From: Vicugna vicugna
Taxonomy: Eukaryota
Assembly (NCBI GenBank): GCA_013265495.1
Contig: MU058444.1
Coordinates: 2,604,001-2,668,000, forward strand
DNA: 64,000 nucleotides
Reading direction: 5' to 3'
The notes under the pieces are model-generated. The model searched no databases. It was not told where the DNA came from and saw only the letters and a program-made list of their open reading frames with translations. Position 1 is the first letter of the stretch. The number at the start of each line of letters is the position of its first letter. Position numbers and translations under genes: made by a program. Positions 1 through 10,912 of this stretch are shown one piece after another.

Positions 1-751
1 TTTACACTTACTAAACAAATTTAAAATTAAATTACAAGTGTATAATCTAGCTGAAAAAATTCAACTTCTGAAACTTACCTGAGTGATACTGTAGTACAGT
101 GATGGTACTAGTAAGCGCCCAGCGGCACTTCGTCAGCAAAGAAAGAAAATGCTACTCATTGTCACAGGCTCTTTAGTTCTCAGAACTCGAAAAGTGATTA
201 GTACTCAGCAAAACTAAATGACTCAGCCTTAAAAAGATGTCACCTTCTCTAGGTGCAAAGTACTACTCAGAGGGCACGGGAGCAACCGTCGGGCTGCAGC
301 CTAATAAAATGAGCAGCCATCCTGGAACGAGAAAACGAGCCACCATCTTCCCCTAACCCCACTGTCTTAACCTAGGAAGTGTCACTAACAAGTTAAGGTC
401 ACTGGAACTGCCTAGCAGGGCGCCCACTCCTGTGGGTCCCAGGACAATGCAGCGATCTTAGGAGGCACGCGTCAGGAGCACGCACGCACGAACACTCACA
501 TATGTCCAGCTGTAATTTTAAAGACAAAAAACAAAACGAGTCTGCCAGGGTTTTGCTGCAGAGTAACAACTATTCAAAGACATCAGTGCATAATTAAGGA
601 CTAACCCAAAGCAGCATCAAGCCTTTAAATTTTACTTAATGATCCATGACAAGAAAATTCTATTCTCGTTACCAGTATGATTTCTAAATTAAAAAAAGGC
701 ACAAGAAGAGCAGAGCGACTTCCTGTGTCGAGGCTTAAGCAGGCGCTTTAC

Positions 752-834
752 CCTCGCTCACGTGCAGGTCCTCCTTCACCGACGTCCTGTAGAACCTCAG
801 CTTCAGCTTCTTCGCCAGGGCCTCAGCCTCTTCA
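752..834 (-). CDS. RAB23: RAB23 coding exon 4 (83 nt, aa 133-161: (N)EEAEALAKKLKLRFYRTSVKEDLHVSE)
   Basis: Not in the ORF track; translated by hand. Acceptor ctgcgcag|TGAAGAG, donor GAGG|gtaaag. Phase continues the previous exon (AA+T=Asn). Contains the G5-like TSVKE motif. Confidence 0.95.
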
Positions 835-1239
835 CTGCGCAGCAATTTTAAAAATGCATGTAAAGCTACTTTCTAATACATTTATTTTAAAAAGTCACTT
901 TTATTACATCTACTGAATACAGCTTGGGGCGGGGGTCAGACCTGCCAGACCAGTCGAAAGCTACGTTCTTGGGGCTTGAACGGGATTTCCGGTTTTCACT
1001 ACTCTGGGGGACAAACACCAGCCACCACACTGTAACTGTAAAGACACTTTTCTATAAACTCACTAAACTCCAGCCTTAAAACGGTTAAGTATCATTTTTC
1101 TTTATTTAATACTTTAATTTTCTCTCTTCTGCTTTTAGAAACACTTGAATTTAACCCTGCTCTGGAAGTCTTACTGCATTTACTTACTTTACTCTTACTG
1201 GCTGTGAAACTACTTTGTTGCAGAAGTCAGTACACTGGT

Positions 1240-1708
1240 GTGTCTACAAGCGTGGACTCCTAATTTTACTTTCATCGTGACTCCTGCTTCCCTGAAATGG
1301 TCCCCCAAATCCTACCACACCCCCCCCAACCACCCTGGACCCACACTGGTCTGTGTGATGAGCACACTCGGAAGTGGTGGGTGTGACTTCTGAGACTCCG
1401 TCATAAGAGACAGAGTGGTTTCTGCCTTGGCCTTGGCCGTGGCCTCTCCTGGATCGCATGCTGTGATGGGGAGGCCCGCGAGGCTGGGAGCTGAGGCCTC
1501 CTGCCCACTGCCACGTGAGGGAGCCCTCCCCGCACGGACCCTCCAGCCCAGCAACGTCTTGACAGCAACCTCGGGAAAAACTCAACCAGAACCATCAGCC
1601 AAGCCCTCCCCAATTCCTGACCCACAAAAACTGGGAAATAATAAATGTGCTATTTTAACCCACTAGGTTTTCGGCTGATTTGTTATGCAGCAATAGATGG
1701 CTAATACA
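1240..1708 (+). mobile_element. MaLR LTR relic (MLT1-like)
   Basis: MLT1-type 3' end: aattcctgacccacaaaaactgggaaataataaatgtg...ttgttatgcagcaatagatggctaataca. Left edge approximate. Confidence 0.75.
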
Positions 1709-2245
1709 AGAACATGTTAAAAAAAAAATAAGGTAAAAACCAAGCCAAGATCTTCAAAGCCAGCAAAATGTTAATAATGCAATAAGCAAATACTTATAGA
1801 CAGAAATTATCTGGACGCTAAACTCTGTTCACAAATTTGAGCATAATTGTTCTGAACATACAAAACAATATGAATCCAAGCTGCTTACCAGTTTAAACTC
1901 ATCAACATACTTATCCTAGATATCAGAAGATCTAAGGACGTTTTTCTTAACATTCACCCTGTCTAGATTTGACCTCACGTGAAGACCTGATTTGTGCTGC
2001 AGGGAACTAAGGCTGGAATTCTCACAGGGCCTTCAAAATGATTCCTTTAATTCTCCTTAGTTATGGTTCAGTATGAACTTTTTTTTAACCCAAATCAATC
2101 ACAGAGACTAGCTCACAGAACTTTAAAGTATAAGGCAGTCTTTTCAGAAACGTTCCTAAATTTTGTTAAGTCTATGCAAAAATTAAAACAGGTTTTAACT
2201 ATGCAGAACTACCACCGCCCCCTCAAGAGCAGACCCCTTACTTAC

Positions 2246-2402
2246 TTCTTTATACAAGAGTCATCCAGGAGGTCAATCTTGTTTTGCACAAGGACGGTTG
2301 GGATGTCTCCAACTTCAGCCACCACCTTCTCTCTCCAGCTGGAGATTGCTTCGAAAGAGTCCCTGTCTGTGGTGGAAAAGACAAGCACGCAAGCCTGGGC
2401 TC
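2246..2402 (-). CDS. RAB23: RAB23 coding exon 3 (157 nt, aa 81-133: GAQACVLVFSTTDRDSF...VQNKIDLLDDSCIK)
   Basis: Part of ORF 2242..2601. G4 motif NKID. Acceptor ctcacag|GA, donor AAGAA|gtaagt. Confidence 0.97.
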
Positions 2403-2742
2403 CTGTGAGGTCACAGAATAGAAACGTTACTTGTGTTAACAAGACAGCCCTCCGTAGGGTGAGGGGAACTTTCATGTATTCAAAACAATCTTTATGTAAA
2501 GAAATATTGAACTTATCTTTGTAGCCCTGCTTATTTTTTAACATATAAACTCCATTTTCTAATTCAAAGAACAAATTTTTACCAAGAACAGTGACTTTCA
2601 AATTTGTACAAGCGTCACAGCTATACTGATTCTTTGTGGAACCACAAAATGCTGATGTTTCATGACATTACAAGGGCCAGAGAGAAGAGAAAGGAGGCAT
2701 GAATGACCGGCTGCTACCTGCTTCTTCCCGGTAACAGCTGTC

Positions 2743-2859
2743 TTTTTTTTTTTTTTTTTTTTAGTTTATTTATTTATTCTTGGAGGAGGTACTGGGGATT
2801 GAACCCAGGACCTCATGCATGCCAAGCATGCATTCTACCACTTGAGCTATACCCTCCCC
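2743..2859 (-). mobile_element. tRNA-Ala-derived SINE (camelid vic-1-like)
   Basis: Reverse strand reads GGGGAGGGTATAGCTCAAGTGGTAGA...GGTCCTGGGTTCAATCCCCAGTACCTCC plus an A-rich tail. Confidence 0.9.
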
Positions 2860-3019
2860 ATTGTCATTTGCTTCTTAATTTCTTCTAACACTGATTAAAG
2901 AAAAATCTATGAGAAAAAAATAATTTTCTCATTCTATTTACTTTTTAAAAAAAATCTGTACTATTTTATTCTCGTAGAGTACCAGTGATGCTAAGGAAGG
3001 TACTTTCAGAACCAGTGCC

Positions 3020-3162
3020 GGGGGCAGGATATAGCTCAGGTGGCAGAGGTGTGCTTGGCATGCTTGAAGTCCTGGGTTCAATCCCCAGTACCTCCTCTAA
3101 AAATAATGATAATAATTAAATAAATAAACATAATCACCATGCCCCACCCTGCTCCCTGAAAA
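3020..3162 (+). mobile_element. tRNA-Ala-derived SINE with TSD
   Basis: A and B boxes. TSD agaaccagtgcc (3008-3019) / agaactagtgcc (3163-3174). Confidence 0.9.
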
Positions 3163-3174
3163 AGAACTAGTGCC

Positions 3175-3430
3175 AACTTGCAGACACAGTAAATAATCTT
3201 ATAGTCACCCGGGGGAAGAGATAAATTTGGCAGTTTGATGTGCAAATGAAAACCACTACATATAAAAAGATAAAAAGCAAATTTCTTCTGTACAGCACAG
3301 GGAGCTACATTCAATATCTTGTAATACCTTTAATGAAAAAGAATATGAAAATGAACCTATGTATGGATATGCACGACTGCGACATGCTGCTGTATGCCAG
3401 AAACTGACTCTACTTCAGTTAAATAAAAAA
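3175..3430 (+). mobile_element. LINE-1 3' terminal fragment
   Basis: Matches the L1 3' UTR repeated across the window (ctgtacagcacagggagctacattcaatatcttgta...). Confidence 0.85.
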
Positions 3431-5494
3431 GCACCAGTGACAAGAGAAAAATATTTACATTTAACCAAGAGAAAAGAAGTTCAGGTTTTCACCCTGTTCG
3501 ACTGCATAATACCCATGCTACACTGACTGACGATATTTTAACCATCAACTATCACATTAAGCTGATAATATCTAAGATTAAAAATAAGCAGCAACCTTCT
3601 GGGAGAGGGTTTCATAAATGATCAGCAGTTGAATCAGGCAGCGTGGACAGAAGCAGGTGACAAGAGAAACCCGTCCTGGAGGCAAGAGGATTTCTCACTG
3701 TTACTCCTGACTTCCAGACCCCTCAGGTCCAAGAGTTTCCTACTAAGAATCCAGACACACACACCAGGGCCACCTAAGACACTCTAGGGCCAGGAAAGCT
3801 CCGTTCACCACATGAGGGAATAGGGGAGAAAGCCAAAGAACGACTAATGAAGGAGAAGACCAGCAGTTCCCAATTACTGTAAAAGCAGAGGATTCTGGAA
3901 AAGTCCTTCCTGCTTTAGAACAGGATTTAAACCAACACAATAAATTAATTACCCACAGCTCAGGGGTGGGGCCCAGGCAGATTAAGAGGCACACTCTGAG
4001 ACTTTCTCAGAATTTAAGGAGAAATAGAACTGGAGCCATCACACTACAATACTGAAAAGTAAATCCATATTTACTTGAACTCTAATATTGCTTAAACTAT
4101 AAACAAAACATTATTTAATCATGCTTTAAGAAACTCTTCTTTACTATAAAACTCTGTCAACCTCAAACCTAGCATTTTATATCCAGTCAACTGCCATTTA
4201 AATTTGAGGGTCTAATAGGGTATTTCCAGGTATACAAGGTCTCAGACACAAACCAAAAAACTCTTAGAGAAGCACATTAAAACAACAACAAAAACGAAGC
4301 AAGTGGTACCAGAGATACACATACCAAGAATGATTAACTAAGAAAAGCACACTGCTGTTTAAAAAATCAAGACAGAAAGGATAAAAGAAAAAGTACGTTC
4401 ATAAAACCCAAAATCATTTAGTGGGGTACTTAGTGGAGAGAGACCAAAGGAACGGGGAAGTGCCCGGGGAAGAGGAGGACTGACCAGGGTCCAGTTAAGC
4501 CCTCAAGGGACGGGAACAAGGTGTGCTCGGCCTGCACGGTCCCAGCAGCCCTGGAGGACAGGCCTGTTTCCAGGACCCCACCCTCCGGCAGCTGCTGCAG
4601 GGGGTCTACTTTCCTGCCTGGGCTGCTTCTGGTGCTTCAGGAGGGCCCTGATTTAGTGCATCCCTAAGGAGATGCGACGCCTGGTTGGGAGGGGGATGAA
4701 AACCTCAGCCTCACTGCGGTCACCGGGAGGCGGTCTCTGGGCTTCCTCACGGAGATGGACCCCAACTGCCCATATTAATAACTGGCTCATGAACACAGCC
4801 TATGGGTCCTGGTCTGGGATCACCTCCCAAATAAACCCTGCCCCCGACCATCTGTTGGGGGGAGGGGACACCCAGACAGTGTGTTACATCAAAGGCAATC
4901 ACTCAAAGAACAAAAAGAATGCGTGACTATTAAACCGCTGGAGAAAAGGAGATTAATAAAACCTGCCCTAAAATGACAGAAGAAAGTCATACAAGAGAAT
5001 CAGTGGTACACACATCTCTGAGGAAGGGCGGTTCACCTGCTACTCAGTCTTTACGCTGCATACTGCAACCACCTCGTCTTACCAAATATACTGCCAAAAT
5101 GAAAAACAAGCAACAAAACAAACAACTTGGATTACTTTCACAGTCATGATAATTCTGACAAATGCTGGACAACTACTTGTTTTAAATTCCTCTAACTGAA
5201 TGCTATCCATCCATCCAGATAAAACTGTGATGCATTACAGTTCTTTTATGTTTAGGAAAACCCTAAAAAAAAAAAACCCCAATGCTTTTCTATTATATTC
5301 TAAAACAAGTTAAAAAAAAGACCCTTTTTACAAAACTTTGACTGAGGTATCAATAAAACAGACGACAAATACCAGATTCCAAAATGTGTGCGAATTAAAT
5401 TTGCAGAATTTATAAAGAAAATGCCTAGAAACCCATTACACAACTCTGAAACTCCCTCAAGCTTTTCATGAATTTTTTCTAAGAACTGAGAAAA

Positions 5495-6888
5495 AGGAGT
5501 AGGACCACGAGCTTGCCTCCCCTCACTACAGCAAAACCACAACTGACTGCTAGACAAGCATTTGGAAAAAAGACTGGGGCCTAGCAAAAAATATCTTTAA
5601 CTGGACACATAAAGAGGGGACCACAGCAGGACAGCAGGAGAGGCGTGCTCTCTATATAATCGGGCCTCATACCCCCGGGGTGGATGACCTACAAGCTGAA
5701 GAATAAAGCCACAGAGGCCTCCCACAGGAGTGAGAGTTCTGAGCCCCACGTCAGGCTCCCCAGCCTGAGGTTCAGGCAGTGGGGGAAGGAGACCTCAGGA
5801 CGTCTGGTTTTGAAGGCCAGCGGGACTTAACTCCAGGAGCCCCAAGGGACTGGGGAAACAAAGACACTTGTTCAAGTTAGGAAGAGCACACAGAATCATG
5901 TGTGCTGGGTTCAAGGGCAGAGGCAGTGATTTCACAGAACCTGGGTCAGACCTGCCTGCTGATTTTGGAAGGTATTCTGGGGACATAGCAGGTGGCTGCG
6001 GCTCACCCAGGGGACATAAAAGCTGGTGGTGGACATTCCAAGAGTGTTCATCTACAAGACCTTTCCTGGAGGCTGACTTCTTACTTGGGTCCTCAGCACC
6101 AAGACCCAGCCCCAACCAACAGCCTGTAGGGAAGCCTCAGGCCAAACAGCACACTGGGTGAGAACACAGCCCTACCCACCACTGGTCCAGGACCAAGCTC
6201 CACCCAGCAGTGGGCACGCATCACTCCTCCAGCCAGGAAATCTGCATAAGCCTCCAGTTCAGCCTCACCCATCAGGGGGCAGATACCAGCGGTAAGGAAA
6301 CAACAATCCCATAGCCTATGGAAGGAATCCACAAACACAGGCCAGACTCTACCAGGGACCAGCTGCACCCTGGCCCTTGGGTGACAAGAGAGGAGTGTAC
6401 TTCTGGGACACACAGGACATCACTCACCGAGGGCCACCTCTCCAGGGTCAAGAAACATAACTGACCTACCTAAAAATACAAATAGAAAGATCAACAATAT
6501 AAGCATCAGAGGAGTATCTCCCAGGCCAAGGCACAAGATAAAATCCCAGAAAAAGTAAGTGATGAGGAGACAGGCAATCTCTGAGAAAGAGTTTAAAGTT
6601 ATGATGGTGAATCACGATGTTCAGAGAACAGGGGAGGAGTATAGTTGCAGAGGGTGAGGTTTTTAGCAAAGAGTTAGAAAATATAAAGAACACCCAAACA
6701 GCATTGAAGAATACAATCACTGAAATGAAAAGTACACTAGAAGGAACCAAAAATAGAATAAATGAGGCAGAAGAACAGATCAATGAGCTAGAAGCCAGAT
6801 TAATGGAAATCAGTACCACAGAAGAGAAAAAAGAAGAAGAAGAAATGAGGACAGTTTAAGAGAACTCTGGGACAACATGAAGTGCACT
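5495..6888 (+). mobile_element. LINE-1 5' UTR and decayed N-terminal ORF1
   Basis: ORF 6617..6859 has the ORF1p coiled-coil pattern (LKNTITEMKSTLEG...RINEAEEQINELE); a GC-richer 5' UTR-like segment precedes it. Confidence 0.8.
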
Positions 6889-8558
6889 AGGGAATTAAAG
6901 AGGACTTAAAAAAAAATGGAAAGATCCCATGCTCTTGGACTGGAACAATCAGTATCGTTAAGATGGCCATACTGCCCAAGGCACTCTATAGATTTAATGC
7001 AATCCCTATCAAATTACCCAGGACATTTTTCACAGAACTAGAACAAACAATCCTAAAAGTTACATAGAATCACAAAAGACCCAGAACTGCCAAAGCAATA
7101 TTGAAGAAAAAAGAGCGAAGCTGGAGGAATAACCCTCCCAGACTTCAGAAAATACTATAGAGCTACAATAATCAAAACAGCATGGTACTGGCATAAAAAC
7201 AGACATGGATCAATGGAACAGAACAGAGAGCCCAGAAATAAACCCATAGACCTATGGTCAATTAACCTTTGACAAAGGACGCAAGAATATACAATGGAGA
7301 AAAGACAGTCTCTTCAGCAAGTGGTGTTGGGAAAATGGGATAACAGCATGTAAATCAATGAAGTTGGAACACTCCCTCACTCCATACACAAAAATAAACT
7401 CAAAATGGCTTAAAGACTTAAATATAAGACAAGGTATGATGAATCTTAGGAAAAAAACAGGCAAAACATTCTCCGACATAAATCTTAGCAATGTTCTCCT
7501 TGGGCAGTCTACCGAAAAAAATAAACAAATGGGACCTAATTAAACTTATAAGCTTTTGCACAGCAAAGGAAACTATAAGCAAAACAAAAAGACAACCTAC
7601 AGAATGGGAGAAAATATTTGCAAATGATGCAACTGACAAAGGCCTAATTTCCAGAATATATAAACAGCTCATAGAATTTAATAACAAAAAAACCCAAACA
7701 ACCCTATCGAAAAATGGTCAGAAGACCTAAACAAGCAACTCTCCAATGAAGACATACAAATGGCCAATAGGCGCATGAAAAAATGCTCAATGTCACTAAT
7801 TATCAGAGAAATGCAAATCAAAACTACAATGAGGTATCACCTCACACCAGTCAGAATGGTCATCATTTAAAAGTCCATGAACAATAAATGCTGGAAAGGG
7901 TGTGTAGAAAAGGGAACCCTCCTACACTGTTGGTGGGAACACAGTTTGGTGCAGCCATTATAGAAAACAGTATGGAGATTCCTCAAAAAACTAAAAACAG
8001 ACCTACCATATGATCCGGCAATCTCACTTCTGGGTAGACATCTGAAGGGAACTCTAATTCGAAAAGACACATGCACCCCAATGTTCACAGCAGCACTATT
8101 TCCAATAGCCAAGACATGGAAACAACCTAAATGTCCATCGACAGATGACTGGATAAAGAAGCTTTGATATATTTATACAATGGAATACTACTCAGCCACA
8201 AAAAAGAATAATATAATGCCATTGGCAGCAACATGGATGGATCTAAAGATCATCATTCTAAGTGAAGTCAGCCAGAAAGAGAAAGAAAAATACCATTGTG
8301 ATATCACTTATATGTGGAATCTAAAAGACAAATGAACTTATTTACAAAACAGAAACAGTCTCACAGACATTGAAAATGGATTTATGGTTACCAGAGGGGG
8401 AAGGAGGTGGAAAGGGATAAATTGGATAAATTGGGAGTTTGAGATTTGCAGATAATAACTATCATATATAAAATAGATGAACACAAATTATACCGTATAG
8501 CACAGGGAACTATATTCAATATCTTATAGTAACCTATGATGAAAAATATGAAAACAAA
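6889..8558 (+). mobile_element. LINE-1 C-terminal ORF2 remnant and 3' UTR (frameshifted)
   Basis: ORF2 peptides [18 protein letters not shown] and [17 protein letters not shown]...[10 protein letters not shown]; 3' UTR shared with other copies. Confidence 0.95.
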
Positions 8559-8598
8559 AATAAATAAATAAACCTAATTACCCCCTCCAAAAGAAAAC

Positions 8599-9900
8599 TG
8601 CAAACACATGAAGGCTAAACAATATGCCACTAAACCACCAATGGATCACTGAAGATATCAAAGACGAAATAAAAAGATACTTTGAGACAAATGAAAACAT
8701 AAACACAATGACCCAAAATCTCTGGGACGCAGCCAAAGCTAAGAGGGAAGTTTATAGCAATACAAGTTTACCTCAGGAAACAAGAAAAATCTCAAACAAC
8801 TTAACCTTACACCTAAAGCAACTAGAGAAAGAAGAACAAACAAAACCCAAAGTTAGCAGAAGGAAAGAAATCATACAGATTAGAGCAGAAATAAAAGAAA
8901 TAGAGACTAAAACAATAGAAAAAAATCAATGAAACTAAAAGCTGGTTCTCTGAAAAGAGAAACAAAATTGATAAACTTTTAGTCAGATTCATCAAGAAAA
9001 AAAGGGAGAATCCCCAAATTAATAAGATCAGAAGTGAAAAAGGAGAAGTCACAACATCCAACACACAGAAATACAAGGGATCATAAGAGGCTACTATGAG
9101 CAACTCTATGCCAACAAAAAGAACAACACAGAAGAAACAGACAGTTTCTTAGAATAGTACAATTTGCCAAGACTGAATCAGGAAGAAACAGAAAATACGA
9201 AGAGACCAATTACCAGTACTGATAGTGAATCAGTAATTTAAAAACTCCCAAAAAACCAAAGTCCAGGACCAGATGGTCTCACAGGTGAATTCTACCAAAC
9301 ACATTTAAAGAAGAGTTAACACCTATCCTTCTGAAACTATTCAAAAAGTTGCAGAGGAAGGAACACTTATGAACTCATTATATGAGGCCACTGTCACCCT
9401 GATACCAAAACCAGGCAAAGATATCACAAAAAAAAAGAAAATTACAGGCCAATATCACTTATGAATACAGATGCAAAAATCCTCAAAATCCTAGCAAATT
9501 GACTCCAACAATACATTAAAAGGATCATACACCACGATCAAGTGGGATTTATCCCAGCGATGCAAGGGTTTTTCAAGATCCTCAAATTAATCAGTGATAC
9601 ACCATATTAACAAATTGAAGAATAAAAACCATGTGATCATCTGAATAGATGCAGAAAAAGCTTTTGATAAAATTCAACATCCATTTGATAAAAACTCTCC
9701 AGAAGGTGGGCACAGAGGGAACATATCTCAACATAATAAAGGCCATATATGACAAACCCACAGCTAACATCATACTTAATGGTGAAAAGCTGAAAGCATT
9801 TCCTCTAAAATCAGGAACAAGACAAGGATACCCACTCTCACCACTTTTATTCAACAGGTTTGGAAGTCCTAGCCACAGCAATCAGAGAACAAAAACAAAC
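8599..9900 (+). mobile_element. LINE-1 ORF2 remnant (end of endonuclease to RT region)
   Basis: Peptides LNHQWITEDIKDEIKRYFETNEN..QNLWDAAKA and [44 protein letters not shown]. Confidence 0.95.
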
Positions 9901-10759
9901 AATGGGAATCCACTCCCCTCACAGACCACAAGAACTGACCTGCACAAACCCCGGGCAGGAGAGGTTTAATGCCAAATTACATTTGGAGTGTTGACTGCCG
10001 CCTCAGGACTGGCTGTTCGAATGCCAAATTGAGATTATGTTCGTGACTGGAAATCACTGAGCTGGTTGAGGAAAATTGCTTCAGAGTGACCAGAACAGAC
10101 GGGAGCTGAAGGTACCATCAAGAAAGGACCTCCCCTCCTTCTACTGCCTAATAAAACATAAAGGGGTGGGGAGGCCCACACACAGAAGCTGCACTTTGGG
10201 ACCTTCATGAGCTGTGCCTATTCGACGCACCAACCACCTTTTCATTCGACATGGGCCCTACACTGCTCCCAGTCGCTTCGTCCCTGGACCTCCAGCTCTG
10301 TGTCGGTACCAGCCATCTTCAGGAGAGTTAATGCTTTCATTTCTCTGCTGTTGATATTCTGCTGACATTCAAAGGCAGTTGTGTTTCCTGTTCATATAAT
10401 TCACAAAGACCTTTATTTTCCTACTGTTCTATCTTCTTTCAGTGCTACCTACCCTGAGAATCGCACCACGGAAAGTTCCCCATCATCACAGACAGCAGTA
10501 CGCCACCCACAAATGGGTCCTTGCTAATAGTTAACAGACTACCACTTACCCACACGTCAGAAATACAGAGATCTGAATAAATTTGTTGTCAGCGATAGGA
10601 TCACCAACAGCAAGTATTTATTCCCAGTTAATAACATCATTCCCAAAAGGTGACTATATTTTAATGCAATTCAGAAACTACCCACCACAACACATAAGGT
10701 GCAGAGGGTGACTGTCCTCCGATCACTGGAACAGCTTACAAGACAGTCTGGTCTCTAGG

Positions 10760-10912
10760 CTGGTTCTGAGAACCAGCAGCACCCAGGTCACCCGGGAGGT
10801 CAGAGAAATGCAGAATTTCAGAGCCATGCACAGATCTACTAAATTAAGTCTGTATTTTTAACAAGCTCCCAGAGAATTCATGTGCACATTAAAGTTTAAG
10901 AAACACTGCTCT
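10760..10912. mobile_element. MER5-like hAT-Charlie MITE
   Basis: gaaatgcagaatttcag...tttttaacaagctcccagagaattcatgtgcacattaaagtttaagaaacactg. Confidence 0.7.

Noticed and set aside
1..700. Next RAB23 exon (FKYLAEKYLQ...)
   Set aside because: No matching sequence found; it must lie left of the window.
2063..2524. 153-aa plus-strand ORF
   Set aside because: Antisense shadow of a RAB23 exon with no independent coding signal.
5495..9900. Intact, active LINE-1
   Set aside because: Segments are out of order and full of frameshifts and stops.
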